Source: Thermoproteus sp.
GTDB taxonomy: Archaea; Thermoproteota; Thermoprotei; Thermoproteales; Thermoproteaceae
Length of the DNA: 64,000 bases
Assembly (NCBI GenBank): GCA_049976425.1
Contig: JBMFIG010000001.1
Location: forward strand, 160,001 to 224,000
Direction of reading: 5' to 3'
The position numbers were made by a program, and so were the translations under genes. Positions 47,164-57,312 of this stretch are shown piece after piece; the stretch's first letter is position 1, and every line of letters begins with the position of its first letter. Under the pieces are notes generated by a model. The model was not told the DNA's origin. It worked only from the letters and a program-made list of their open reading frames with translations, and did not search any database.

Positions 47164-48806
47164 TCCACGAACACCTCCCTGCCTCTTAGGGCTGAGAGGA
47201 GCGCGGCGGCGAAAGCGAACGCCGCGGCGAGGTGGTAGGCGTAGTGGAACCCGTCAGCGAGCGCGGGCGCCACGGCGCCGGCGAAGAACTGCGGCTCGGT
47301 TATCGCCGAGTAGACGGCTTGGCTGAGCTGTACGTGGTTGAGGGAGACCAACGTGGCCATCGGGTTGTAGCCGAGAAACGCGGCGAAGAACGCCACTATC
47401 GGCGGCGTGGAGAGCAGAAGCCGCGCAGAGTCGGGCGGAACGCCGGCGTTGACCAACGCGTTGTATATGCTGGGCCCCAACGACGCGGCGGAGCCCGCCA
47501 CTATCAACGTTATGAAGACGGCGAAGCTCAAGAGCGTGCCTACGTTCTGCAACATGGCCCTGACGCCGGAGGCCGCCGACCTCGTGGACGAGGGCACCGC
47601 GCTCAGTATCGAGACGAGGTTGGGGCTCATGAAGAGGCCGGTGCCGGCGCCTATGAGCGCTATTATGAACGCGAAGAGCGCGTAGTGGAAGGAGAGGGGC
47701 AATGCCGACAGCATCTCGAAGCCTAGGCCCATCAACGCGGCCCCCGCGGTGGCGACGGCCCTAGCGCCGAACTTGTTGACGAGTTTGCCGCCGATTGGGG
47801 CGAACACGGCGCTGGCCAAGCTACTCGGTATTAGGTAGATCCCGGCCCATAGAGGCGTCAGCTCGTAGGGCATGCCGCCCATGGGGAGGTAGACAGCCTG
47901 GAGGAAGATGGACAGCACGAAGACGTTGGCTCCCTGGGCCAGGAAGAGCAGGAAGGCGCTGAACACGCCGAAAGAGAACTGTTTGTTCGAGAAGAGATCG
48001 AGGCGTAACATGGGCGCCCGGGATCTCCGCTCGAGGGGTATCAACGCGGCTGAGAGCGCCGCCCCGCCCGCCAGCAGAGCCCAGACGTAGGGGGCGCTCC
48101 AGCCCAACATATGGCCGTCGTAGGGCACGGTCGAGAGGGCGAGCCCCATGAGGAATAAGAAAAGCGCGGCGGCCAGGACGGCGGCGCCTGCCCAGTCGAC
48201 CACAACTCTGCCCGCGCCCGGCGACACGCGGTACACGACCTTGTAGGACCACCACGTGTTGAGGACGCCGAAGGGCACGTTCGCGAGGAAGACAAGCCTC
48301 CAGTCGATCACGGCGAGCGCGCCGCCGGCTAGAAGCCCGACGAGGGAGCCGGCCGAGAAGGAGATGCCCACGATCCCTTGGGCTATTCCCCTCTCGCTGG
48401 GCGGAAAGACGTCGGCGATTATGGCGGCGCTGTTGCTGAACATCAAGGCGCCGCCGACACCTTGTACGGCCCTATATATGATCATCTGGAGGGCGGCCGC
48501 GGCGCCCGTGCCCGGGGTCAAGCCGAGCAGTAGCGACGCCGCGGTGAACACGGCGGCGCCTAAGGTGAATGCCCTCCCCTTGCCGTACATATCGGACAAG
48601 CGGCCAGCTATGGCCACCAAGACGGCGATGGTGAAGGGGTAGGCCAATATCAGCCATAACATTGACATAAACCCCAGCGGCGAGAACGGGTCTATTCCTA
48701 TTCCTCTAAAGATCGCCGGGAGCGCTATGACTAGAGCCGATACGTTCATGCTGGCCATGAAGGAGCCCAGGACGCTGTTGAACAGTATGGCCCGTCTGTG
48801 GTCCAC
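47160..48806 (-). CDS. MFS transporter, 14-TMS drug:H+ antiporter-like
   Basis: GRLSDMYGK, RAVQGVGG and WRLVFLANVP motifs. Confidence 0.88.
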   Translation of the reverse strand: MDHRRAILFNSVLGSFMASMNVSALVIALPAIFRGIGIDPFSPLGFMSMLWLILAYPFTIAVLVAIAGRLSDMYGKGRAFTLGAAVFTAASLLLGLTPGTGAAAALQMIIYRAVQGVGGALMFSNSAAIIADVFPPSERGIAQGIVGISFSAGSLVGLLAGGALAVIDWRLVFLANVPFGVLNTWWSYKVVYRVSPGAGRVVVDWAGAAVLAAALFLFLMGLALSTVPYDGHMLGWSAPYVWALLAGGAALSAALIPLERRSRAPMLRLDLFSNKQFSFGVFSAFLLFLAQGANVFVLSIFLQAVYLPMGGMPYELTPLWAGIYLIPSSLASAVFAPIGGKLVNKFGARAVATAGAALMGLGFEMLSALPLSFHYALFAFIIALIGAGTGLFMSPNLVSILSAVPSSTRSAASGVRAMLQNVGTLLSFAVFITLIVAGSAASLGPSIYNALVNAGVPPDSARLLLSTPPIVAFFAAFLGYNPMATLVSLNHVQLSQAVYSAITEPQFFAGAVAPALADGFHYAYHLAAAFAFAAALLSALRGREVFVE

Positions 48807-48898
48807 GGATGCCGAGACGTCGGACCTATAAAAACTTTAAGACAAACCGCCGTCGTCTTCGCGCAGAGCCCCTATTCAAACTTAAATGGTTAGGCCGG

Positions 48899-51445
48899 TT
48901 GCGCACTCCCGTGGCCGAGGTCGAGTCGGATTTAACGCATGAGTTGAGGCCCGGCGCCGAGCGCGTGGTGTTAACGGAGAAGGAGCTGTCTGTGATGAGG
49001 GACGGCGAGATTCTGTATAGGGTGGACCTAGGCCGGATCAAGAGGGCCTATGTGGAGGATGGGATAGGCCTGGCGAAGCTCGTCATCGAGTTGGACGACG
49101 GGTCGTCGGTCGAGGCGGCCTACTTCACTAAGAGGAAGCTGGTACAGTTCAGGGCCTTGGCCAAGGCAATAAACCTGAGGAGAGCCGAGGCGGCTCTTGT
49201 CGAGGATCAGGCCGGCGGGCCCGTGCGGCGCGGCTCCGGCCGGACGCTCTTGTGGCTGTTCTCCCACATGGCGCCGTACAAGTACAGGCTGGCCCTCGGC
49301 GTGGCCCTCTCGCTGGCGATCACCGCGTTGAACTTGGTGCCGCCCTACATGCTCAAGGTGCTTATAGACCAAGTACTGCTCTCGCCCAGCCGCAACGAGG
49401 GGCTGTTCGTGAGGCTGACCTTGTTGTTGGTGGCCGCATATGCGTCGGTGTCGTTGCTGTCCATGGCCCAGAACTACGTCCTCAACACGGTCGGGCAGAG
49501 GGTGGTCAACGACCTCAGAGGCAAGCTGTACGCCAAGGTACTGCGCCTGAGCCCCTCCGTGGTCGACAAGATCTCGACCGGCAGGATACTGTCCAGGCTG
49601 ACCACCGACGCGGGCAACGCGCAGTGGCTCATGGTGTGGGGCCTTCCGACCCTTCTCGTGAACACGCTTACGCTGATAGGCATAGGGGTGATACTGTTCT
49701 CCATGGACCCCCGCCTGGCCGTCTACGTCCTGGTCCCGGTGCCCCTCATAGTGTACCTGCTCGTACACTATAGACGCGTGTCCAGGCTTCTCTACCACAG
49801 AAACTGGCGGAGGAGCGCCGATATGACTTCGGCCGCCTCGGACGTGATCCCGAACTACGCGATAGTCAAGGCGTACTCCAGAGAGGGCTACGAGACCTCC
49901 AGGTTCTGGCGTATACTGGACAGGCTCTACGAGTCGCAACGCGATGTGGCCGCCATGAACTCGCTACACTGGCCGCCGATAGGCTTTCTCACCTCCCTAG
50001 CGACTGTGATGATCTGGTGGTTCGGAGGCAACCAAGTCATAGCCGGCAACATAGAGCTCGGCGTCCTCACTGCGTTCGTGTCCTACATGGCTCAGTTCTA
50101 CGGGCCCATAAACAACCTCAGCAACATAATACCGTTCATCCAGCAGGCGATAACCTCGGGCGAGAGGCTTAGGGAGATCATGGAGGCCGAGGAGGAGCCC
50201 CGGGGCGGCGATAAGAAGCCGTCCCTAAGAGGGCCCATAGAGTTTAAAGGGGTCTGGTTCGGCTACGAGCCGCTAACCCCCGTCCTGAAGAACATAAATC
50301 TGAGGATAGAGAGGGGCCAGAAAGTCGCCTTGGTCGGGAGAAGCGGCTCGGGCAAGACGTCTATTGCCAAACTGTTGCTCAAGATGTACCAGCCCGCCGA
50401 GGGCTCAATATACATAAACGGCGTGGATATAAGGGAGATAGACACGTCGTATCTACGGCGCAGGATAGCCTACGTATCCCAGGAAGTGTTGCTCTTCGAC
50501 GACACTGTGGCCAACAACGTGGCCTACGGCGCCGACGGGAAGATAGGCCCCTACGACATACTTAAGGCTTGTTGGCTGGCGAAGGTCCACGACGACATAA
50601 TGAAGATGCCGCTCGCCTACGACACCCCCTTAGGCGAGAGGGGGTCCTACCTATCGGGCGGCCAGAGGCAGAGGATCTCGTTGGCCAGAGCCCTCGTGAA
50701 GGACCCCGACATATTCATATTCGACGAAGCTACCTCGAACCTAGACGCCTTAACCGAGAAGGAGGTCTTCTCCACCATACTAGACGTAGTCGGCGACAGG
50801 ACGGCCATCTTCATAACGCACTCGCCGGTGGAGGCGCTGGCGGCCGACAAGGTGGTGGTCATGCGCGACGGGGAGATCGTCGAGCAGGGCGCGCCGGCAG
50901 AGCTCTTGATTAAGGGCGGCGAGTTCAGCAGAATGTTCAGCGAATACGCTGAGGCGGCGGCCTCCATGTGGTCTAGGAGACAAGAGACGGCTCCGCCTCC
51001 TATTTTGAAATCGCCCAAGATAGCGCCGGGATCTAGGCGTAGCTACGTCAAGCTAGACGGCGTGGCCGGCGAGTGTAGGCCCACGTTGCCGTTCCCCGTG
51101 AGCCACAGACATTTCGTGTTGTTGGACTGCGGCGGGCGCCAATACGTAATAGAGGACTACACAACGTTGGACGAGGGATCGAGGACGGCGTTGGAGAGGG
51201 CGATAGGCGCCAACGTCTTAGTGCCTCGCATAACGTCGATAAGGTCGGTGGACATAAAGGGGGACGAGCTCGTGTGGGATGTGGAGACCGAGATAGGCCG
51301 CCGCATCATCTCGACAAGAGGCAGGAGGAACGTCATGGCGATGGACGGCTCCGTGGTGTTGATAGACGTGTACGAGAACGCCTACGTGATAGAGGTCGAC
51401 AAGCTCGACGCGCGGAGCAGATATTGGCTGGACAAGGTGGTTTAA
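48899..51445 (+). CDS. ABC exporter (TMD plus NBD) with extra N-terminal domain and C-terminal DUF1854-like domain
   Basis: GRSGSGKT, LSGGQRQR and DEATS motifs; C-terminal VPRITSI and WDVETEIG. Start codon uncertain. Confidence 0.85.
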   Translation: MRTPVAEVESDLTHELRPGAERVVLTEKELSVMRDGEILYRVDLGRIKRAYVEDGIGLAKLVIELDDGSSVEAAYFTKRKLVQFRALAKAINLRRAEAALVEDQAGGPVRRGSGRTLLWLFSHMAPYKYRLALGVALSLAITALNLVPPYMLKVLIDQVLLSPSRNEGLFVRLTLLLVAAYASVSLLSMAQNYVLNTVGQRVVNDLRGKLYAKVLRLSPSVVDKISTGRILSRLTTDAGNAQWLMVWGLPTLLVNTLTLIGIGVILFSMDPRLAVYVLVPVPLIVYLLVHYRRVSRLLYHRNWRRSADMTSAASDVIPNYAIVKAYSREGYETSRFWRILDRLYESQRDVAAMNSLHWPPIGFLTSLATVMIWWFGGNQVIAGNIELGVLTAFVSYMAQFYGPINNLSNIIPFIQQAITSGERLREIMEAEEEPRGGDKKPSLRGPIEFKGVWFGYEPLTPVLKNINLRIERGQKVALVGRSGSGKTSIAKLLLKMYQPAEGSIYINGVDIREIDTSYLRRRIAYVSQEVLLFDDTVANNVAYGADGKIGPYDILKACWLAKVHDDIMKMPLAYDTPLGERGSYLSGGQRQRISLARALVKDPDIFIFDEATSNLDALTEKEVFSTILDVVGDRTAIFITHSPVEALAADKVVVMRDGEIVEQGAPAELLIKGGEFSRMFSEYAEAAASMWSRRQETAPPPILKSPKIAPGSRRSYVKLDGVAGECRPTLPFPVSHRHFVLLDCGGRQYVIEDYTTLDEGSRTALERAIGANVLVPRITSIRSVDIKGDELVWDVETEIGRRIISTRGRRNVMAMDGSVVLIDVYENAYVIEVDKLDARSRYWLDKVV

Positions 51446-51474
51446 GATTTTAAGCAAGCGCCCTAAACGCCGTC

Positions 51475-52890
51475 GTGGTAGTTTTGGTGAGGTACAGCGA
51501 GGTGGCGATCAAGCGAGGGTCTACCCGGAGGGAGATGGAGAAGTTGCTCGTCAGAGCTATTAGGGAGGCCGCCGCCGGGTGCGGCGAGGTTAAGTTCAGG
51601 CTGGAGCCGGGGAGGATATTCGTCTACGGAGACGACGGATGTGTGGCGAAGGCCGCGGCGCGGGTGTTCGGGGTCAAGTCGACGAGCCCGGCGGCCGAGT
51701 ATATATTTACAGACCTGGCAGATCTCGCGTCTAAGGTCGCGGCCCGCTGGAGGGATATAGTGGCCGGGAGGAAGTTCGCCGTGAGGGCGCATAGGGCCGG
51801 GACGCACCCCTTCACGTCGAGAGACGTCGCGGCTAAGGTGGGGGAGATCTTGGCGGCCGCCGGCGGCTCCGTCGACTTGGAGCGGCCGGAGGTGGAGATA
51901 TTCGTTGAGGTTAGGGGAGATCGGGTCTACACATACAACGAGATCTACGAAGGCCCCGGCGGACTCCCTCTGGGATCTGAGGGCAAGGTCCTGGCGCTCG
52001 TGTCGGGAGGAATAGACTCCCCTGTGGCCGCCTGGTATATGATGCGTAGAGGGGCCTACGTCGACGTGCTCTACTGCAACCTCGGCGGTGTCTTGACTGA
52101 GGCAGCCGCCTTGAGGGTGATAGACAAGCTGTTGGAGTGGTCGTACGGCTACGACGCCAAGGTGTTGGTGGCTGACTGCGCCCCCGTGGCCGACGCCATA
52201 CGCAGATATGTGGACCACCATTTATGGTCCATAGCGTTTAAACGGGCGTTGTACAAGCTCGCCGAGAGGGCCGCAGGGCTCGTCAAGGCCGAGGCCCTGG
52301 TCACAGGCGAATCCCTCGGCCAAGTGTCGTCCCAGACTCTCCAGGCGCTTTCGGCAGTGGAGATGGGGATAGACCTGCCGGTGTTTAGGCCCCTGATAGG
52401 GCTGGACAAGGAGGAGATAGCCAAGATGGCGCAGAGGATAGGCACATACGACCTATCCGTGTCCGTCCCGGAGTACTGCGGAATATTTTCGAGGGAGCCC
52501 AGGAGGTGGGCCTCCAAGGGGGAGATAGAGGCGATAGACCTCTACCTGGCCGACACTGTCGAGGAGGTCTCGAGGAATATAAGAATAGTAAGGAGATCGG
52601 AGCTTAAGTCTGCGATAGCCGGTCTGGCCCCCAGCGTAGAGGGCCTGGTCGTGGATAGGGTGCCCGAGGGCGCCGTCGTGGTGGATCTCAGAGACCAGGA
52701 GGCGTACCTTAAATGGCACATACCAGGCGCCGTCCGCGTCGAGCTCGACAGAGTCTTCGACTTCGTCGAGAGGATGGGCAGAGACAAGACCTACGTCTTC
52801 TACTGCTACCAAGGGGCTCTGAGCGCAGATGTGGCCGAACGTCTAAGGAGATCGGGCTATAGGGCGTACAGCTTGAGGCTCAAGCGATAA
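51475..52890 (+). CDS. thiI: tRNA 4-thiouridine synthase with rhodanese domain
   Basis: RYSEVAIK, THUMP region, SGGIDS, GESLGQVSSQT; C-terminal HIPGA and YC. Confidence 0.92.
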   Translation: MVVLVRYSEVAIKRGSTRREMEKLLVRAIREAAAGCGEVKFRLEPGRIFVYGDDGCVAKAAARVFGVKSTSPAAEYIFTDLADLASKVAARWRDIVAGRKFAVRAHRAGTHPFTSRDVAAKVGEILAAAGGSVDLERPEVEIFVEVRGDRVYTYNEIYEGPGGLPLGSEGKVLALVSGGIDSPVAAWYMMRRGAYVDVLYCNLGGVLTEAAALRVIDKLLEWSYGYDAKVLVADCAPVADAIRRYVDHHLWSIAFKRALYKLAERAAGLVKAEALVTGESLGQVSSQTLQALSAVEMGIDLPVFRPLIGLDKEEIAKMAQRIGTYDLSVSVPEYCGIFSREPRRWASKGEIEAIDLYLADTVEEVSRNIRIVRRSELKSAIAGLAPSVEGLVVDRVPEGAVVVDLRDQEAYLKWHIPGAVRVELDRVFDFVERMGRDKTYVFYCYQGALSADVAERLRRSGYRAYSLRLKR

Positions 52891-52997
52891 CGCGTTTTCT
52901 AATAACTTAGTCAATATAAACCGTTAAAATACATTATTACATATAGAAATGCAATACGGCTTATATAATAGTGTTTAGTTATTCACATGCCGCTGTT

Positions 52998-53621
52998 ATG
53001 GACCCGCTAGATCTGTGGCTGGACGTATTGGGCACGACCCTATTGGCCACCGCCTATTGGCTTTATCTCAATTTCGCCTCCAAGGCTTCCTTAGCCGTCA
53101 AGCTGGCCTTTAACAAGGCATTTGGGTACTTCTACATAGCCCTGGGCGTGTACGCCTTGGCGAGCGGTCTGTGGGCCACGGCCACCTGGCCGTTGCCTAG
53201 CTCCTACAACTTGATATTTTCTGACGCCTGGCCGATCTTCGGCGTGGCGCTGATACTCCTTGGCCTCACGAGCAGTAGGATAGGCGTGGAGGCCCTCGGC
53301 GAGGACGGCCTCTACTATCTGAGAGGGGCGCTCGTGGGCATTGCCGCGCTGTCCCTAGCGCCGTTCGTCTACTCATTCGATATATGGAAGTATGGGCTGA
53401 CCAACGAGCCGCCTCTTGCCGGTCTGCTCTTCTTCGCCGTGGGCCTCGCCGGGCTGTTAAGCCCGCTCCTCACGTTCAAGAAGGCGGCGAGGGGCGTCGC
53501 CTACCTGCTCATGTTGCTATTGGTTATAGGCGGTCTGATATCCTTATTCATAGGCGTCTCGGCCATATTCGCGCACACAGCGATCTGGAAAGCCTGGGCT
53601 CCTTGGTACGGCGCCCACTAA
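52998..53621 (+). CDS. DUF981-like membrane protein
   Basis: TWPLPSSYNLIFSD motif and multiple TM segments. Confidence 0.75.
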   Translation: MDPLDLWLDVLGTTLLATAYWLYLNFASKASLAVKLAFNKAFGYFYIALGVYALASGLWATATWPLPSSYNLIFSDAWPIFGVALILLGLTSSRIGVEALGEDGLYYLRGALVGIAALSLAPFVYSFDIWKYGLTNEPPLAGLLFFAVGLAGLLSPLLTFKKAARGVAYLLMLLLVIGGLISLFIGVSAIFAHTAIWKAWAPWYGAH

Positions 53622-53662
53622 AAACCCCTAATTTTTAAGAGGCTCCCTAGTCCTCGTTTTTC

Positions 53663-54616
53663 ATGACCCTCTTCATAACAGAGGGTGAGGTCGACCAGTT
53701 GTTGAGCTTCAGGGAGGCGATAGAGGCTGTCGAGGAAGGGTTCAGGCTTTTGGCGGAGGGCCAGGCGGTCAATTTGCCGAGGCGTAGGGCTATCGTGAAA
53801 GGCGCCGTCCTCCACGTCTTGCAGGGCGTGGTGTTGGGGAAGTACGGGGTGGCTGGGTTGAAGACCTACCTAAGCACTAGGGAGGGCGCTAGGTTCGTGG
53901 TCTTGCTCTTCGACGTAGCCGGCGGCGATCTGCTGGCTATAATCAAGGCGGATAGGCTCGGCCAGAAGAGGACCGGGGCGGCCTCCGCTGTGGCCACTAG
54001 GCACATGGCGGCCCGTTTCCAGGGAACGCTCGGCATAGTGGGTTCGGGCAGACAGGCGAGGGCCCAGTTCGAGGCGCTCGTCGAGGTCTTCAAGCCGTCC
54101 CTCGTAAAGATATTCGGCAGGAGCAGAGAGAGGGCCAGAGCCTTTGTAGAGTTCGTGAGGGGCAGGGGCTACGACGCGGCGCTGGCCGACGACTACAGAT
54201 CGGTGAGCGACGTGGACGTGTTGGTCACGGCGACGAACTCGGCAGAGCCCTTCATAAGGGGGGAGTACTTACGGCCCGGAGTCCACGTAAACGCCATAGG
54301 GAGCAACTGGGCGAATAGAGCGGAGCTGGCGCCGGACGCCGTGGCGAAGGCCGACGTAATAGCCGTGGACGACCCGGCCCAGGCGCGGGAGGAGGCGGGG
54401 GATCTGATCATGGCGGGGGCCCTCGATAGGGCTGTGCCTCTAGCCGATATAGTGGCCGGAAAGGCGCGCGGGCGGCCCGACGAGAGCTCCATAACTCTGT
54501 TCAAGTCGTTGGGCATAGCCGTGGAGGATCTTGTCGTCGCCAAGGTGGTATACGACAAGGCGGTCAAGGAGCGGCTTGGACGGGAGCTAGAGTTCTCCGG
54601 GCGCTGGCCTCTCTGA
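53663..54616 (+). CDS. Ornithine cyclodeaminase/mu-crystallin family protein (alanine dehydrogenase-like)
   Basis: RTGAAS, GSGRQA, HVNAIG and FKSLGIAVED motifs. Confidence 0.88.
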   Translation: MTLFITEGEVDQLLSFREAIEAVEEGFRLLAEGQAVNLPRRRAIVKGAVLHVLQGVVLGKYGVAGLKTYLSTREGARFVVLLFDVAGGDLLAIIKADRLGQKRTGAASAVATRHMAARFQGTLGIVGSGRQARAQFEALVEVFKPSLVKIFGRSRERARAFVEFVRGRGYDAALADDYRSVSDVDVLVTATNSAEPFIRGEYLRPGVHVNAIGSNWANRAELAPDAVAKADVIAVDDPAQAREEAGDLIMAGALDRAVPLADIVAGKARGRPDESSITLFKSLGIAVEDLVVAKVVYDKAVKERLGRELEFSGRWPL

Positions 54617-55532
54617 TCGAGAAGATCCTGCTTATAGCCACTGTGTTTTGGCCGAGCAGACATATGCCCCAGAAGGCGTTGACAAGCGCGGTGTACATGG
54701 TGAGCGATGCCGTAAGAGCCCCTACCAGGGATCCCACGCTGAGCCGCCCCTCGTTGACGTAGTTGACGCCTATAAGCGCTGTTATTAGAGGAACGGCGTA
54801 GCCCACGGCGAACGAGGAAGACCAGTACTCTCTATCTAGGTGGATGTTTCTACTAATCCCTCTGATCCACCTATCCATGGCGGATGTGAAGGCGTCCGCG
54901 CCGGCCCTCCCGGCGAGGTATTCCGAGGCCGCATGGATGCTCTCGCTGTAGGCCCTCCTCTCGAGGCCTCTGGCCTCCTCGACGTTCTTGACGTAGTGCT
55001 CCAACAACGCCACGTAGAAGGGGAGCCCGATCAGCCCCACGAGGCCTAGAATCGGGCTCATCTCGAATATGGTCACCTCGGCGACGGCGGCTGTGAAGAG
55101 GTTCGGCACCATGGAGTTTATTATGCCGCCTACGTTCCACATGACGAAGTCGACGTCGTTCACCAGTTTACCTATATCGTCTCCGTTGTCGCGCGCCGCG
55201 CCTCCAGCCACGCCCTTGACCAGGCGCATTTTTATGAGGCGGATCGATTGGGCGATGCCGATCCAAAACGGCCGGAACAGCCACTCGGTTATTGCATATA
55301 TTAGGCCTGCAAGGGCCAGGAGCCACAAGCCCTGGCTCATCGACCCCACGGACCTGTTAAACAGCCCGTTGGTTATCTCCTGGAGCGAGAACGGGATAAA
55401 CATGCCGCTGGCCACCGCGCGGAGAATATAGGCAGCCGTAGCCCCGCCGATGCCGAGGTTGAAATATCTGTTGTTGAGGAACTCTTGGTAAAACTTCCAG
55501 TGTAGCCTGGCGCTTTTGGCTATTTGGCGCAT
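54564..55532 (-). CDS. Stand-alone ABC exporter transmembrane domain (no NBD)
   Basis: About six TM segments; GDDIGKLVNDVD and GRLSVGSLVG patterns; no Walker motifs. Confidence 0.7.
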   Translation of the reverse strand: MRQIAKSARLHWKFYQEFLNNRYFNLGIGGATAAYILRAVASGMFIPFSLQEITNGLFNRSVGSMSQGLWLLALAGLIYAITEWLFRPFWIGIAQSIRLIKMRLVKGVAGGAARDNGDDIGKLVNDVDFVMWNVGGIINSMVPNLFTAAVAEVTIFEMSPILGLVGLIGLPFYVALLEHYVKNVEEARGLERRAYSESIHAASEYLAGRAGADAFTSAMDRWIRGISRNIHLDREYWSSSFAVGYAVPLITALIGVNYVNEGRLSVGSLVGALTASLTMYTALVNAFWGICLLGQNTVAISRIFSIREASARRTLAPVQAAP

Positions 55533-55559
55533 ACCGCCTTACCCATACCTATTTAAAAC

Positions 55560-56792
55560 CTATTCGACGTCCAGCACGTCGAGCTCCACCACCTCGAGCG
55601 AGGCCCCAAGCGTCTCGGCGACGCTCGGTTGCGTCCGCCCGCCGTCGCCGTTTATGAACTCCTTGACGTATAAACCGCCTTGGCACCTCACGAATATCTC
55701 GATGACCCTATCGGCGATTTGGTACGCTTCGATATTGTATACCATCCTCCGCCTCCTGGCGCGCGGGTTTAACCTCTTTATCCGCCTCGGAGTCCGCTGG
55801 ACCACCACGGCGCCTTCGAGGGCCTTAAGCCTGGCCAGATCCTCGGCCGAGATGGGCTTGTCGGACAACGCCACCGCTCTGTAGAGCTTTATGCTGGTCT
55901 TCGACTTGGCCTTCATCTCCCTTACGTCGTTTCTAGTGCCCGGCTTAAGCGGCGATAGTATAACCCATTCAGTAGTGAGCCCGGAGAGATCCCCCCTATA
56001 CTTCGACGGCTCCTTGATCTCGACGACGGCAGGCCTCCCGTTGCCCAACATCCTAACGTCGGAGTCTTCGCGGCCCGCCGCGTGTAGGACCAACGCAGAG
56101 CCCCCGAACCTGGCCCGCACGGGGTCGAGCACCTCCTCGATGGTCCTCGAGGCGCCCGGCACGAGCCTTCCCTGCGACACGACGCGGCTCAGCTTGAGGT
56201 AGCGCCCAAGCAACAGGAGGGGATTTCTGGTGACTTTGACCGTGCCGTCGATTAAATTCACGGTGGCCACTACGTCGGGCCTCTCCTTGTTGGCCGGCCT
56301 CTTCAGAAGCTCCCCGACGGCTCTCCCTATCCTCCTGTTTATTTCGTGTTTTATAGACTCTCCCGTTTCTATGCCGAACTTAGCAACGATTTCCCGCTCC
56401 CGCTCTAACATATCCCTCGGCACCACGGACCCCACCTGGAACGTCCCGAAGTCTATCTCGGCCAACGCCTTCGCCACGCTCTCCGCGTACTTCTCCACGT
56501 CCTTGAGCAGGCCGCCGCAGATATAGCAACGGGCCTCCTCGACGCTTATGCCGTTCGAGGCGAGGAACCTCCTAGTGGGCGCGTGGACTCTCCCGAGCGC
56601 CTTGAGATCCTCGGTGACATCTACGCCGTTTCTGTAGTCGTACACCAGCCTCATGTGGAGCAGAGTCTTTATAGCGCGGCCCCTCTCGGCGTTCTCCATG
56701 CCGTAGCCCATCGAGGCGAATAGCCTGCCCAGACACGAATCGCACAGCGGATACTGGCGCAGAATTTCCCTAGCCCTCTCGACGGGATCCAC
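55560..56792 (-). CDS. pus10: tRNA pseudouridine 54/55 synthase
   Basis: LCDSCLGR, CYIC, AGRED.DVRMLG.GRP and GGLYVKE motifs. Confidence 0.93.
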   Translation of the reverse strand: MDPVERAREILRQYPLCDSCLGRLFASMGYGMENAERGRAIKTLLHMRLVYDYRNGVDVTEDLKALGRVHAPTRRFLASNGISVEEARCYICGGLLKDVEKYAESVAKALAEIDFGTFQVGSVVPRDMLEREREIVAKFGIETGESIKHEINRRIGRAVGELLKRPANKERPDVVATVNLIDGTVKVTRNPLLLLGRYLKLSRVVSQGRLVPGASRTIEEVLDPVRARFGGSALVLHAAGREDSDVRMLGNGRPAVVEIKEPSKYRGDLSGLTTEWVILSPLKPGTRNDVREMKAKSKTSIKLYRAVALSDKPISAEDLARLKALEGAVVVQRTPRRIKRLNPRARRRRMVYNIEAYQIADRVIEIFVRCQGGLYVKEFINGDGGRTQPSVAETLGASLEVVELDVLDVE

Positions 56793-56841
56793 CGCGCACT
56801 CTGCGGAGGGGGTTATAAATTTAGGATCGACCGGGAAGAGG

Positions 56842-57312
56842 TCAACGGACTACCTCCTGGCGATCCGCCTCTATGTTGAACACCGCGAACTGGTGGTGAG
56901 GCGGCATGTCGCCCAGCCCAGCGCCGCAGTCCACCTCGACGTCTGCAGGCTCCAGATAGGCGACGTACGTGAAGTCCCTCGGCGGCTTGCAGACGCCGCG
57001 CCTGCCGTCCACGACAGGCCTCCGTATGAGATCCGCCAAGCTGGCGCGTTCAATCAGCTTGACGCCGGGATGTCTGGCGCCCCGCAACGCCCTCCTCAAG
57101 AGGCCGGTGGAGGACTCCTCGTCGGGGAACAACGACCTCACGGAGTTGCCGAGGACCCTAATCGCGCGGGCCGCGTCGATGAAATACGCCACGAACTCGG
57201 CGTCCTCCCTTATCCCGTTCGATATCAATAGGGCGGCCACAAGCGCCTTGCCGTGGACGTAAGGCTGTTCGGCGAACGCCCTTGTCGATGTGACCAGGAC
57301 GAACCTCCTCAT
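56842..57312 (-). CDS. TrmY-like SPOUT methyltransferase (divergent, short)
   Basis: MRRFVL, ALLISNGIRED and LFPDEES N-terminal motifs; adjacent to pus10. Confidence 0.6.
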   Translation of the reverse strand: MRRFVLVTSTRAFAEQPYVHGKALVAALLISNGIREDAEFVAYFIDAARAIRVLGNSVRSLFPDEESSTGLLRRALRGARHPGVKLIERASLADLIRRPVVDGRRGVCKPPRDFTYVAYLEPADVEVDCGAGLGDMPPHHQFAVFNIEADRQEVVR

